Counted from the stretch's first letter, positions 28,673-38,780 are shown. The stretch: DNA of 64,000 nt from an uncultured Gammaproteobacteria bacterium (GCA_964621085.1 CAZUKY010000003.1:8290-72289); one strand, 5' to 3'. Notes: generated by a model from the letters alone, not told the origin. Program-made: numbers and translations.

Positions 28673-28960
28673 TACGGAACCGGAGAAGGTTCTCCTGAGC
28701 GCGGTCGTATGCTTTTTCGTTCGCGGCGAAGAGGTCTTGCTCGCCTATAAGACGAAGAAGATAGGCAAAGACAGCTTACCGGTACGGCCACGTATGGTCC
28801 GCATCAGCGAGAACTCCTCGTGCCGTTGAAAATCACGTTCATTGCCTCTCCTCTGGAAACATGAGGATTGAGGGTGCCGCCGGGACGTTTCCGGCGGCTT
28901 CTTTGTTGATGGCGAGGTGAATTAATGGTAGGATGCTATCGCTGCTTCACGGTTTTTGCC

Positions 28961-30043
28961 ATGGATACTATCCTTTTTTTCTTCGTTTTTATCGCTATCA
29001 TCCTTGCCGCTTTCGGCGGCATGGCGCTGTTTGTCTCGCGGTCGTTTTCTCAGGCACAGGATCGGCTTCTCGCACTCACCAAAGAACGGCTGAGTTCGGA
29101 GGGGCAGCTTGCCCGCGCTGAACTGGAGAGTCGGCGCGACTCGATCGCGCAGATGATTGCCGAGGTGCGCCGCGACCTGACGCAGAGCAAGGAAAAGCTT
29201 TCCCAAAGCGAGGAGCAGCGCATCGCGTCGTTTGCCGCGCTCAAGCAGATGCTGGAACAGCAGGGGACCGTGATGCAAGATCTCCGCGGCAGCACGGAAG
29301 ACTTGAAACGCGTGCTCTCCAACAACCAGCTGCGGGGAGCCTTCGGGGAGCAGGTTGCCGAAAATCTTCTCAAGATGGCGGGCTTTGTGACGGGGACGGA
29401 TTATGTCTATAACCGGGAGCAGGAGAGTGCCGATACGCGGCCTGACTTCACGATTTTTTTGCCGGACAAAACTAAGATCAATGTGGATGTGAAATTTCCG
29501 TTTGCATCGCTCATGAAGATGTCTTCTGCAGAAGACACGGCCGAGCGCGAGAGCCACAAGCGGCAGTTTGCAACGGACGTGAAGCAAAAGATCAAGCAGG
29601 TGACGACGCGGGGGTACATCAACCCGGAAGAGCGGACGGTCGATTTCGTGATCCTCTTCATTCCGAACGAGATGATTTTTTCGTTCGTGTATGATCAGCT
29701 TCACGAGGTCTGGGAAGAGGCGATGGCGAAAAAAGTGATGCTCGCGGGACCGTTCAGCTTTACGGCGATCCTCCGGATGGTGAAGCAGGCGCATTCGAAC
29801 TTTTCCTATCAGGAAAATCTTCACCAGGTTATCGGGCTGATCCAGAAGTTTGAGGTTGAGTATGAAAAGTTCAGCGGCGCTATCGATACGCTTGGCGATC
29901 GGTTGGAGTCGGCAAAAAAGCAGTTCGACGCGGTTGCGACCACGCGGTCGCGCCAGCTGACCAAGGTCATTGACCAAATCAAAAGCCAGAATATACTATC
30001 TGAGTCGGGCGAGACGGAAGAATTGCCCGCTGGCAAAAATTGA
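28961..30043 (+). CDS. rmuC: DNA recombination protein RmuC
   Basis: N-terminal TM helix, long coiled coil, and the conserved RmuC core (RGAFGEQ, VDFVILFIPNE). Confidence 0.85.
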   Translation: MDTILFFFVFIAIILAAFGGMALFVSRSFSQAQDRLLALTKERLSSEGQLARAELESRRDSIAQMIAEVRRDLTQSKEKLSQSEEQRIASFAALKQMLEQQGTVMQDLRGSTEDLKRVLSNNQLRGAFGEQVAENLLKMAGFVTGTDYVYNREQESADTRPDFTIFLPDKTKINVDVKFPFASLMKMSSAEDTAERESHKRQFATDVKQKIKQVTTRGYINPEERTVDFVILFIPNEMIFSFVYDQLHEVWEEAMAKKVMLAGPFSFTAILRMVKQAHSNFSYQENLHQVIGLIQKFEVEYEKFSGAIDTLGDRLESAKKQFDAVATTRSRQLTKVIDQIKSQNILSESGETEELPAGKN

Positions 30044-30069
30044 GCGGAAAAGAAGGTTGGCTTCATAGG

Positions 30070-30160
30070 GGAGAGGTGCGTGAGCGGTTTAAACGGCAGT
30101 CCTGGAAAGACTGTAGGGGTGATGAGCCCCTCGGGGGTTCGAATCCCCCCCTCTCCGCCA
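30070..30160 (+). tRNA. tRNA-Ser (anticodon GGA), type II with long variable arm, 3' CCA encoded
   Basis: Manual fold: acceptor ggagagg/cctctcc; anticodon stem cagtc/gactg with loop ctGGAaa; variable arm ggggtgatgagcccc; T-arm gggggttcgaatccccc; discriminator g followed by cca. Confidence 0.85.
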
Positions 30161-30211
30161 ATATAAATGAAGAGTGCTTCGCTTGAGATCGTTTGCTAAC
30201 AGCCTATCATT

Positions 30212-30526
30212 ATGCCAAACAAAAATCTTATTCGCATTGCGATTTTTGTTGGACTCATACTGCTGATACCTTTGATTTTGACGTTATTGAACCCGAACGC
30301 GGAAATCTATGGAGGTAAGGGCGGGGGCTGGGACTGGATGCCGGGTGATTTTGGCGTGATGGGCATCCTTCTTTTTGGCACTGGTCTTGCCATCGATTTT
30401 GCTGCGCGAAAAATTGGCAATCGCACACATCGAGTTCTTGCAATCGCCTCAATCGTACTTATGCTTCTGCTTATTTGGGCGGAACTTGCGGTTGGTATCT
30501 TTGGAACTCCGTTTGCTGGTTCGTAA
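30212..30526 (+). CDS. small membrane protein
   Basis: Three TM helices, no homology recognised. Confidence 0.45.
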   Translation: MPNKNLIRIAIFVGLILLIPLILTLLNPNAEIYGGKGGGWDWMPGDFGVMGILLFGTGLAIDFAARKIGNRTHRVLAIASIVLMLLLIWAELAVGIFGTPFAGS

Positions 30527-30576
30527 AGCGTAAGAAAATTTTCATAGCGGTTTATAAATCATTATTCCTTTTGCGT

Positions 30577-30945
30577 ATGCCGTTACCTCTCATCAATGCG
30601 GCCGTATTTACAGCGGTTGCTCTGCTTCATGGAATGCGTTTGGCGTATCAATCAGAAGTGATTATTGGCGGCATATCACTGCCGCTTTGGTTGTCTGCGA
30701 TTGCTATTGTTGGAGCGGCTACCTTGGCGTGGCTGAATTGGCGCGCTGCTCCGCAACGAGATCTGGCTGCGTTTGCGGGATACATTCAGGCGCTTATTGT
30801 CATTGATGCGGTTATTCTCCTTTATTCATGGGCTGCCAATCTTTCGTACTGGGGGATATCAGGCGCTGCGTTTTTGGGATTCTTTGTATTGGATTGTGTT
30901 CTCTTCGGTGCGCTTGCCGCCTATCGGTCGCGAGTGAAGAGATGA
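30577..30945 (+). CDS. small membrane protein
   Basis: Start taken at MPLPLINAAVF; four TM helices. Confidence 0.45.
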   Translation: MPLPLINAAVFTAVALLHGMRLAYQSEVIIGGISLPLWLSAIAIVGAATLAWLNWRAAPQRDLAAFAGYIQALIVIDAVILLYSWAANLSYWGISGAAFLGFFVLDCVLFGALAAYRSRVKR

Positions 30946-31018
30946 TGCAGGGCAAGGAGCTGCAGAGTTCAATCAATATTATTTTGAAAAAACACAGGTG
31001 ATTTGTTAGTATTTTTTC

Positions 31019-31729
31019 ATGCACACAAAAACCCACAAACCACGTCCGCTGGCGGATCTGCTGATCAGTATCATCATTCCATCGGTTATCCTGATGAAGC
31101 TCTCCGGTGATGGCGCGCTTGGTGCGACCGGAGGTCTTGTCGCTGCATTGGCGTTTCCGCTCGGGTGGGGAATTTTTGAGCTCGTGAAATACAAAAAGAA
31201 GAACTGGATCGCCGTTTTGGGTGTTGTGAGTGTTGTTTTGACCGGCGGCATCGGGCTGTTGCAATTGGATCCAAAGTGGTTGGCGGTCAAGGAGGCGGCG
31301 GTACCCGGCCTCATCGGCATCGGCGTGCTTATCTCGGGGTTTACGCGCTATCCACTCGTCCGAACACTGCTGTACAACCCGCTTGTTCTCAATGTCGAAA
31401 AGATCCAAGAGCGGCTGAGTGCCGTCGCGGGTCAGAAGGCGTTTGAGAAGCATTTGGCGCGCGCGAATTATTTTTTGAGCGGTACCTTTTTCTTTTCTGC
31501 GTGCATGAATTACATTCTCGCGAAATGGATCGTCGTCTCCGATGCGGGCAGTTCGGCATTCAACGAAGAGCTTGGGCGGCTGACGCTCCTGAGCTACCCT
31601 ATGATCGCTATTCCTTCCATGATCATGATGATGGGCATTTTTTTCTATCTGTATCAAAGCATCCGCCGACTTACCGGACTTTCGCTTGAGGAGATTGTGC
31701 GGTCCGGACATTTTTCTGAAAAAAAATAA
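31019..31729 (+). CDS. hypothetical polytopic membrane protein
   Basis: 236 aa with about 6 TM helices. The minus-strand 299-aa ORF across it is low-complexity and looks like a shadow ORF. Confidence 0.5.
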   Translation: MHTKTHKPRPLADLLISIIIPSVILMKLSGDGALGATGGLVAALAFPLGWGIFELVKYKKKNWIAVLGVVSVVLTGGIGLLQLDPKWLAVKEAAVPGLIGIGVLISGFTRYPLVRTLLYNPLVLNVEKIQERLSAVAGQKAFEKHLARANYFLSGTFFFSACMNYILAKWIVVSDAGSSAFNEELGRLTLLSYPMIAIPSMIMMMGIFFYLYQSIRRLTGLSLEEIVRSGHFSEKK

Positions 31730-31766
31730 GCGCGCAGCAGGAAACGGACGTGTGCGAGCGCAATAG

Positions 31767-31797
31767 AAAATACGCCTTCAGAGGCGTATTTTCTCTA
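31767..31797. terminator. bidirectional terminator between convergent genes
   Basis: aaaatacgcc-ttcaga-ggcgtatttt is a perfect hairpin flanked by A-runs and T-runs. Confidence 0.6.
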
Positions 31798-31805
31798 TCT
31801 GGTTT

Positions 31806-32936
31806 TCAGATGATCGGATAGGTCTGATTGATTGCCGGAGATCCGAGGCCAAGCGACAGTCCTGCATGCGCGAACGGGTCCGCGGCACCGAAGGAAAGGC
31901 CGGCGTCGTACGAGAAGCCGCGGCCAGCATTCAGTATTCCGCCGTCAGGCGTGCATGCGATGGCAAGCGGCGGGCACGCAATCGCGGCCGGCGCAGGCGT
32001 TGGAATCGGAACGCCGTAGGGCGCGGGAATCGGAGCAGGTACCGGCACGCCGACTGGCGTCGGAACCGGCGTTGGCGTTGGAATGGGAACGCCGAACGGT
32101 GCAGGTACGGGTGCGGGAATCGGAACACCTACTGGCGTCGGGACTGGGGTCGGAACCGGAACGCCGACTGGTGTCGGCACCGCCGTCGGTACGGGCACGC
32201 CAACAGGCGTCGGAACCGGGACCGGCGCAGGAATACCGACCGGCACGATAACTTCGACCGGAGTTGGCACTGGAACGCCAACGTGCTTGATTACCGGCAC
32301 TGCCTGAGGAACAGGAACTGGTACGATGACCTCGACCGGCGTCGGCACAGGTGTCGGCACCGCGCGCTGGACAGGAACCGGCACAGCAAAAGGCGCGGCT
32401 ACTGGCACGTCCACGGGCGTGGCGACCGGCGTCGGCACGGCGCGATGGACTGGTACGGCTACCGGCTGGGGTACAGGGACGGGAACGTCCACGGGCGCTG
32501 CCACTGGTGTGGGAACCGGACGGTGGATCGGCACCGGAACGCCGAACGGAGCCGCGACCGGAACGTCGACGGGCGCTGCCACCGGCGTTGGGATCGGGCG
32601 CTGGATCGGCACTGGCACGGCAAATGGGGCGGGTACGCCCACCTCAACCGGCGTTGGCACCGGCGTCGGAATGGGCGTTGCCACCGGCGTCGGCACCGCG
32701 TATGGCTGCGGTACGCCGAACGGTTGCGCGACCGGAACCGGAGTGGGAACAGGTACGGCTGTTGGAACGGGCGCGGCATAGGGCGCGGGTACCGGAACAG
32801 GGCAGAGGGCAGGAATACCGCACGCTCCGGCCCCGATCGGCCCGGCAGGGATGCCGAACGCAAGCGATGCGCCTGCCGCAGCAAACGCAATCGCGCCCGC
32901 GACAGCGATACCGGTAATGGAAATAAGCGCTTTCAT
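31806..32936 (-). CDS. secreted proline/valine-rich repeat protein (PVPTPV tandem repeats)
   Basis: Start at [28 protein letters not shown] (signal peptide). About 300 aa of VPVPTPV/APFGVP repeats follow, then a G/S-rich C-terminus. All six frames are open across the repeat DNA. This strand and frame were chosen because it alone has a signal peptide and a non-junk sequence. Confidence 0.55.
   Translation of the reverse strand: MKALISITGIAVAGAIAFAAAGASLAFGIPAGPIGAGACGIPALCPVPVPAPYAAPVPTAVPVPTPVPVAQPFGVPQPYAVPTPVATPIPTPVPTPVEVGVPAPFAVPVPIQRPIPTPVAAPVDVPVAAPFGVPVPIHRPVPTPVAAPVDVPVPVPQPVAVPVHRAVPTPVATPVDVPVAAPFAVPVPVQRAVPTPVPTPVEVIVPVPVPQAVPVIKHVGVPVPTPVEVIVPVGIPAPVPVPTPVGVPVPTAVPTPVGVPVPTPVPTPVGVPIPAPVPAPFGVPIPTPTPVPTPVGVPVPAPIPAPYGVPIPTPAPAAIACPPLAIACTPDGGILNAGRGFSYDAGLSFGAADPFAHAGLSLGLGSPAINQTYPII
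31950..32830. repeat. about 0.9 kb tandem-repeat DNA (gtcggMaccgg / ggcacRcc-type units) encoding the PV repeats
   Basis: Seen directly as highly periodic sequence, and reflected in six-frame low-complexity ORFs. Confidence 0.85.
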
Positions 32937-32999
32937 AACGGTGAAATCATGACGAAGTGATCTGCATTCCGGAGAGAAGTCGACCGCGAGAAGCGAAGG

Positions 33000-33176
33000 T
33001 AGAGCTCGTCTCAAAATTCCGTCAGAGACTTCTTCTGGCCCGTTTCCGCGCCATTTCGGCTGCAAACGATTCAGCGCTCGTCGGTGAATAGCACGTATTC
33101 ACCTCCTCACGCTTCATCGTTTTCGCTCGAAATGGCACTGGAAACAGCCTGGAAGAGAATTTTGAGACGAGCTCTA
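33000..33176. repeat. nested inverted-repeat element (21-nt perfect outer IR, inner IRs, central perfect palindrome)
   Basis: tagagctcgtctcaaaattcc at 33000-33020 pairs with ggaattttgagacgagctcta at 33156-33176. Inner gccatttcg/cgaaatggc pair. Central ggtgaata-gcac-tattcacc palindrome. Confidence 0.7.
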
Positions 33177-33257
33177 GCCATTCGCCTCTTTCTCCGGACT
33201 GCGCTGGAAAATACGGGCAATCGTTTGGCGCTGTTACCAAAAGCGACTGAGGGTCTG

Positions 33258-33290
33258 AGTGATAAAAAAACAAGCGACCAATCGCTTGTT
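33258..33290 (-). terminator. rho-independent terminator of the lytic transglycosylase gene
   Basis: On the minus strand: gagaaacaagcgattggtcgcttgttttttt. Confidence 0.65.
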
Positions 33291-33339
33291 TCTCTTGCGG
33301 CTCCTCTTTAGGCAGGGAACATCAATTGTCGATCAGCCG

Positions 33340-34671
33340 TCATTTTTTAGCGCTTGCGGCAGTCGTTGATTGCAGTGCTGCGATGTCATTTTCATAGCGG
33401 TCCGCTATCGCAAGAACGCTGTCGGCATAAAACCGATAGGAGAGATTTGTTGAGCCCGAGAAGTAGCGCAGGCTTGCCGAGAACTCGTTCGCTTCGTTGC
33501 TTGCTCCCAGTGCGCGGAGCAGAACGCCCGCCGCAAGAAATGCATCGCGGATATCCCAAGGATCGGCAGGTTTTCCGGTGATCGCGCTGACCTTGTCGCG
33601 GTATCCGATCCATGTCGAGGGAATGAATTGGGCCGGCCCCATTGCTCCGCCCCATCCGACAAACGATCCGTCCTTCCCCTTCATAGGGCAAGAGACTGGC
33701 GTCGTGTCGGGATCGCGGCCAAGTTCTTTGGTGATGGTGAGGAAGGGCGCATGGTCGCGTGACGGCTTCATGACGACCTTCCAGCTTTTTGACGGAGGAT
33801 CGCCGGCACGGTTGCATGTGCCGACATTGCGACCGAGATTGGATTCCTGCGTGAGGATGGCAAGCAAAAATGCCGGTCGAACGCCCGTCTGTTGCGAAAC
33901 CCACGTCGCAATATCAAGCGCCTCGCCAAAGGTGATCTGGCGGCTGGCATGGAGCAGCTGATAGATCCGGCTGCGGATGCGCGCCGCTTCTTTTTTCGAC
34001 TCCTCGATAGAGCGGGCCAGGCGCTTTTCCGTCGCGCGGGTCTGCGCAAGCGATGATTGGCGCTGTGAAGCGACGCGGCCGAGTTCTTGACTCTCGATCG
34101 TTTTCTGATCTCGGAGCTTGCGCAACTCTTCCTGTTGCCCTTCAAGTGCGAGTTTCGAGTCTTCCAATTTCATGCGCTGCTCTCGGGTGTGGCGCGTCTC
34201 GGTTGCAAGCGCCGTCGAAAGAAGGGCGATGCGCTCCTGCTCGTTGAGGTATTCGGAAAGATTCCCATGGACAAGGAACGCCTCGAACAGCGACATGTCT
34301 GAAACGATCTGTGCTTCTTGCAAAAGAAGGGCAAGACGCGTCTGCATTCCCTCGCGCTCCTTTTCCAGTTTCTGAATGCTCTCGTGCGTTTCTCCGATGG
34401 CGCTTTCAAGATCGGTGATGCGTTCCGTGACTGTTTTGATCTGACTCTCGAGCTCTTGGCGTTCCCGGCGCAGTTTTGCGATCTGCGCATTCAAGGCCGC
34501 ACGCTGACTTGCGGTCGACGAGAGCTGGCCGGAGAGGAGCTTGATTTGCCGTTCGATTTCCGTGAGTCTGCTCTCCAATTCTTCCCTGCTATCAGAACGC
34601 ACGGGCGTGAAAGGCGCAAGAAATCCGCTCAGAATGGCGATGACAAAAAGTGCGACAGATATTTTTCGCAT
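33340..34671 (-). CDS. secreted coiled-coil protein with C-terminal lytic murein transglycosylase (MltB/SLT-family-3-like) domain
   Basis: Signal peptide, about 230 aa of heptad-repeat coiled coil, then LAILTQESNLG (catalytic Glu context) and a GWGGAMGPAQFIPSTW motif. Confidence 0.75.
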   Translation of the reverse strand: MRKISVALFVIAILSGFLAPFTPVRSDSREELESRLTEIERQIKLLSGQLSSTASQRAALNAQIAKLRRERQELESQIKTVTERITDLESAIGETHESIQKLEKEREGMQTRLALLLQEAQIVSDMSLFEAFLVHGNLSEYLNEQERIALLSTALATETRHTREQRMKLEDSKLALEGQQEELRKLRDQKTIESQELGRVASQRQSSLAQTRATEKRLARSIEESKKEAARIRSRIYQLLHASRQITFGEALDIATWVSQQTGVRPAFLLAILTQESNLGRNVGTCNRAGDPPSKSWKVVMKPSRDHAPFLTITKELGRDPDTTPVSCPMKGKDGSFVGWGGAMGPAQFIPSTWIGYRDKVSAITGKPADPWDIRDAFLAAGVLLRALGASNEANEFSASLRYFSGSTNLSYRFYADSVLAIADRYENDIAALQSTTAASAKK

Positions 34672-34724
34672 ATGCTTTTATTATACCGCATCTGACCGTA
34701 CTGGACGAGCGGAACAAAGTACTA

Positions 34725-35300
34725 TTAAATAAGGGAGACATAAGGCATAAAACTATGGAAAAGCGGTATTTCGTTCCGGTGATTTTGGGCACCGGCCGGG
34801 AAAACAGCAGTTCGGAGCGGGTCGCGCGGTATGTGACCGAGTGTGCGGAAAAGAGCGGTTTGGAGACGGAACTGGTCCGAGTGGGGGATTACGTTGAGCG
34901 CCCAATCACGGGGAATGCCATGAGTGCGGAAAAGGAAATGGCCGCCGGCAGCATTCTGACACGCGCAGACGGGATCGTTATTGTTGCGCCCGAATACAAT
35001 CACGGCTACCCTGGAGAGCTGAAACTTTTCCTCGACCAGTTTTATGACGAGTATGAGAAAAAATCGCTCGGCATCTGCGGCGTTTCCTCCGGGAGATTGG
35101 GGGGCGCGCGCATGGTCGAGGTGCTTCGGACTGCATCGATCGAGCTGCAGATGGTTCCCATTCCGACTGCGCTGTATGCCGCATCGGCAAACACGCTTTT
35201 CACCGAGAGTGGCGCGCTGTCCGATCCGAGTTTTGAGGAAAAGGTAAGCGCATTTTTCGAGGAGATGAAAACCTACCTCACCCTTTTGAGGAAGATATAG
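34725..35300 (+). CDS. NADPH-dependent FMN reductase family protein
   Basis: Flavodoxin-like fold with ILGTGRENSSS..IVIVAPEYNHGYPGELK. The minus-strand 319-aa ORF across it is treated as a shadow. Confidence 0.75.
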   Translation, partial: LNKGDIRHKTMEKRYFVPVILGTGRENSSSERVARYVTECAEKSGLETELVRVGDYVERPITGNAMSAEKEMAAGSILTRADGIVIVAPEYNHGYPGELKLFLDQFYDEYEKKSLGICGVSSGRLGGARMVEVLRTASIELQMVPIPTALYAASANTLFTESGALSDPSFEEKVSAFFEEMKTYLTLLRKI

Positions 35301-35333
35301 CCGTATTTCCGGCACGGCAACGTCGGCGATGAT

Positions 35334-35888
35334 ATGCTTTTTGGCGCAAAGAAAAAAGAACCGCGCATCGCGCTTATTCAAGGGAGTCTCAACGACAATT
35401 CGCCCACCGCAACGCTTCTTGCCGAGGCCGCAGCCCGTCTGGAGCGGCAGGGCATTGCTTTTGGCACTGTCGATCTGAATGCGATAAAGCTCGACTTCCA
35501 TGACGGCAGGCCCCTTGCGGAATATTCCGAAGCGACACAGGGCGCGTATCGGGAGCTTGAAGGTGCGAATGGGTTTGTTTTCGCGATGCCCGTGTACTCG
35601 TATACGCTCTCCGGCGCCCTGAAAAACCTCATCGATATTGCGGCGAGTGCCATGCAGGGAAAAACTGCCGGCATCATGTGCCACTCAACCGGCCCGGAGT
35701 CCTACGACGCATCGGTCGATCTTATCCGCGTCTTGTCCGCCCACGCCCGCGTGACGAGCGTGCAGCCGATCGTACATACGGACAAGGATAGTTTCAAAAA
35801 AGGAAAAATCTACGACGAAGCGATTTTTGACGTCATTGATGAGATGATTGCCACCTTGCTGAAGTTCGTCCGCGGATTGCGGGTTTAG
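35334..35888 (+). CDS. NADPH-dependent FMN reductase family protein (paralog)
   Basis: IALIQGSLNDNSPT..FVFAMPVYSYTLSGALKN; tandem paralog of the upstream gene. Confidence 0.75.
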   Translation: MLFGAKKKEPRIALIQGSLNDNSPTATLLAEAAARLERQGIAFGTVDLNAIKLDFHDGRPLAEYSEATQGAYRELEGANGFVFAMPVYSYTLSGALKNLIDIAASAMQGKTAGIMCHSTGPESYDASVDLIRVLSAHARVTSVQPIVHTDKDSFKKGKIYDEAIFDVIDEMIATLLKFVRGLRV

Positions 35889-36031
35889 GGGTATCGCACG
35901 AATTTCTGCTGACTCATCGTCGCCAGAGTGCGGCGTATTTCTTATAAATAAAAGCTTTCTTGCTTCCTGCATCCTTGACATGACGCTCGTATTGGCGTAG
36001 AATGCTACAATACATACTGAAAGCGATAGTC

Positions 36032-36784
36032 ATGAAAAAGAGTTTACTCTCCATCAAAAATCTTTCCGTCTCAATCCAGGGGAAGCGCATTCTGCACAGC
36101 GTTTCCCTTGATGTTGGTGCCGGCGAGACGCATATCATCATGGGGCCGAACGGTTCGGGCAAGAGCACGCTCTTGTCAACAATCATGGGCGATCCGCGCT
36201 GTACGGTCACTCGAGGTTCCGTTCACTTGAACGGGAAATCGATCGCATCACTCTCGCCGACCGAGCGCGCGCGTGGCGGTATCTTTCTGGCATTCCAAAA
36301 TCCGCCCGCCATTCCGGGTCTGGGATTCGGTTCTTTTTTGCGGCAGGCCGTGTGCGCGCGAGTACCTGAAGCGGCCGCTCGCGAGAGCATTGCCGACTTT
36401 GCGCGCAGAGTCCGTCCGTTGTTGCCGCGCACGGGCCTGGACGAGTCGTTTTTTGGCCGTTCGCTCAATGAGGGTTTTTCCGGCGGAGAGAAGAAGAAGG
36501 CAGAGATCGTGCAACTCCTTACGCTCGCTCCTGCAATCGCATTTTTGGACGAGATCGACTCCGGCCTGGATGTCGACGGAATTCGTCTGTGCATGAAGGC
36601 CGTGCGCGATCTGCAAAAGAAACGCGGCACGGCACTCGTTCTGGTGACGCACAATCCCGCACTGCTTCGCGCGATCACGCCCGATCGTGTTCATGTTTTC
36701 TCGAAAGGCGCAATCATCGCATCAGGAACGGCGCAGCTGGCGCGCGAGATTCAGAAGCGCGGATACGAAAAGATGCTGTCATGA
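36032..36784 (+). CDS. sufC: Fe-S cluster assembly ATPase SufC
   Basis: Walker [13 protein letters not shown] signature FSGGEKKK and Walker [11 protein letters not shown]. Confidence 0.9.
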   Translation: MKKSLLSIKNLSVSIQGKRILHSVSLDVGAGETHIIMGPNGSGKSTLLSTIMGDPRCTVTRGSVHLNGKSIASLSPTERARGGIFLAFQNPPAIPGLGFGSFLRQAVCARVPEAAARESIADFARRVRPLLPRTGLDESFFGRSLNEGFSGGEKKKAEIVQLLTLAPAIAFLDEIDSGLDVDGIRLCMKAVRDLQKKRGTALVLVTHNPALLRAITPDRVHVFSKGAIIASGTAQLAREIQKRGYEKMLS

Positions 36785-38196
36785 CGCGTATGGCAAAACC
36801 ACTTCGCACGCCATTTCATCGGGATACCTATGCGCCGGGTTTTCGAACGAAGACGCGGAGTGTTTTTGTTGCAGAAAAGGGTTTGAATACACATGTGATT
36901 CGTCAGATTTCCGAGCAGAAGAACGAGCCTGCGTGGATGCGTTCGTTTCGGCTCGCCGCATACGAGACATTCAAAAAAAAGAGCCTGCCATCGTGGGGTG
37001 CGGATCTTTCGAAAATTGATTTTGATGCGATCCATTACTACGTCCGGCCGCAAGACGCGCCGCGCCGATCGTGGGACGAGGTGCCAGCAGAAATTAAAGA
37101 AACATTCGAAAAGCTCGGGGTGCCAGAGGCAGAGCGCCAATTCCTTGCCGGCTCGGGCGCTCAGTTCGAGTCCGAGGTGATCTACCACTCGCTTCAGGAG
37201 TCCTTGCAAAAGAAGGGGGTCATCTTCGAGTCAACCGATGTCGCGCTGCAGAAATATCCTGAGCTTTTCAAGAAGCATTTCGGCACCGTTGTTCCGCCAA
37301 TGGACAACATGTTTGCCGCGCTCAACTCCGCCGTGTGGTCGGGCGGTTCTTTTATCTATGTGCCAAAAGGAGTAACCGTCGAGTTGCCGCTGCAGGCGTA
37401 CTTCCGCATCAACCGCGCGAACATGGGTCAGTTCGAACGCACGCTCATCATCGCGGACGAGGGCAGTTCCGTGCACTATGTCGAGGGCTGTACCGCGCCG
37501 ACATACTCCAGCCACTCGCTGCACTCGGCCGTCGTTGAGGTGATCGTAAAGAAAAATGCGCGCGTGCAGTACACGACGATCCAAAACTGGTCTGATAACG
37601 TCTACAACCTCGTCACCAAGCGGGCCGTCGCGTATGAAAATGCCGAAATGATCTGGGTCGACTGCAATCTCGGCTCCAAGGTCACAATGAAATACCCCTG
37701 CGTCGTCTTGCGGGAGGCGGGGGCGCGCGGCGAGGTGCAGTCATTGGCCTACGCCGGGAAGGGGCAGCACCAGGATGCGGGCGCGAAGATGATCCATTGC
37801 GCGCCGAATACGAGTTCCAAAATCATTTCCAAGTCGCTCAGCAAAGATGGCGGACGGTCTTCCTATCGCGGGTTGGTCAAGGTACTCAAGGGAGCCGCGG
37901 GCGCGAAGACAAAAGTCGTCTGCGATGCGCTGATGCTGGATGGCCGCTCGCGGTCGGATACCTATCCGACGATGGATATCAGGGAGCCAAGCGCGGCTGT
38001 TGCGCACGAGGCAACGGTCGGGCGAATCAGCGACGAGCAGCTCTTCTATCTGATGAGTCGCGGCATCGATCAGGACGCGGCCGCATCGCTGTTGGTAAAC
38101 GGATTTGCCAACCCGATCGTGCGGCAGCTGCCCATGGAGTACGCGGTTGAGTTGAATCGCCTGCTTGCTCTTGAGATGACCGGATCGGTCGGATAG
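36781..38196 (+). CDS. sufB: Fe-S cluster assembly protein SufB
   Basis: SufB/SufD-family core across about 470 aa. ATGA overlap with sufC. The ORF track reaches further upstream in frame without a better start. Confidence 0.88.
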   Translation: MTRMAKPLRTPFHRDTYAPGFRTKTRSVFVAEKGLNTHVIRQISEQKNEPAWMRSFRLAAYETFKKKSLPSWGADLSKIDFDAIHYYVRPQDAPRRSWDEVPAEIKETFEKLGVPEAERQFLAGSGAQFESEVIYHSLQESLQKKGVIFESTDVALQKYPELFKKHFGTVVPPMDNMFAALNSAVWSGGSFIYVPKGVTVELPLQAYFRINRANMGQFERTLIIADEGSSVHYVEGCTAPTYSSHSLHSAVVEVIVKKNARVQYTTIQNWSDNVYNLVTKRAVAYENAEMIWVDCNLGSKVTMKYPCVVLREAGARGEVQSLAYAGKGQHQDAGAKMIHCAPNTSSKIISKSLSKDGGRSSYRGLVKVLKGAAGAKTKVVCDALMLDGRSRSDTYPTMDIREPSAAVAHEATVGRISDEQLFYLMSRGIDQDAAASLLVNGFANPIVRQLPMEYAVELNRLLALEMTGSVG

Positions 38197-38205
38197 GGCA
38201 GGAGT

Positions 38206-38769
38206 ATGAGGGAAAGAGAAAACACGCAGCTGCTTGTCATCGGTCCGGACGTCGCCTCCGGGCGGCATACGCTTTCGCTACGCGCCGCAAAGGAGGGAGA
38301 ACGCCGAGCGATCTCTGTTCTCATTCTTGCCGGCGGCGAAACAGCCCTCGAGCAAGATCTTCTGGGCGTATGCGCCGCTCCCGAGACAGACGTGCGTATT
38401 CAGGTGACATCGGTAGCCAGAGATGCCGCGCGCATTGCTGTGCGGGGAACCTGTTGTGCAAAGAAAAATGCGCATCATGCCGCCGTCTCGTTCCGCCACG
38501 ATGCGCTCGTGCTCTCCAAAACAGCGGCGACCACATCGGTCCCGTCGCTGGAAATCCTTACCGATGATGCATCCGCGCATCATGCCGCAACGATCGGCGG
38601 GTGCGACGAAGAAACGCTCGTGTACCTGATGTCTCGGGGTGTGACGCGAGAGGAGGCGATACGCCTTCTGGTCCGCGCGTTTGCCGAACGCGCGCTTGAA
38701 GGGAGCGCTCCGGAGCAGCGAGATGAGGCCGAGACGCGCATCGCTCGTTTTCTCGAAGGCATCGAATAA
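38206..38769 (+). CDS. sufD: short SufD-like Fe-S assembly protein (SufBD C-terminal domain only)
   Basis: 187 aa resembling the SufBD C-terminal beta-helix and helical end (TLVYLMSRGVTREEAIRLLVRAF). Placed in the usual sufD position. Confidence 0.6.
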   Translation: MRERENTQLLVIGPDVASGRHTLSLRAAKEGERRAISVLILAGGETALEQDLLGVCAAPETDVRIQVTSVARDAARIAVRGTCCAKKNAHHAAVSFRHDALVLSKTAATTSVPSLEILTDDASAHHAATIGGCDEETLVYLMSRGVTREEAIRLLVRAFAERALEGSAPEQRDEAETRIARFLEGIE

Positions 38770-38780
38770 ACGACTCCGCT

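Noticed and set aside
28680-28830. NUDIX-hydrolase-like N-terminal fragment (…VVCFFVRGEEVLLAYKTKKIG…)
   Set aside because: There is only a weak resemblance to the first beta-strand region of Nudix proteins. The GG and Nudix box are absent, so this is probably chance or a heavily degraded remnant.
28922-29977. 351-aa minus-strand ORF opposite rmuC
   Set aside because: Antisense shadow. The RmuC motifs are on the plus strand.
31866-32960. 364-aa plus-strand ORF (and the GTG/AGT-rich plus frames) across the tandem-repeat DNA
   Set aside because: These are R/N/W/G low-complexity translations created by the repeat periodicity. They have no signal peptide and no start context. The minus frame with a signal peptide is preferred.
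34725-35684. 319-aa minus-strand ORF spanning both FMN reductase genes
   Set aside because: Antisense shadow. The plus-strand proteins have clear flavodoxin-fold motifs.
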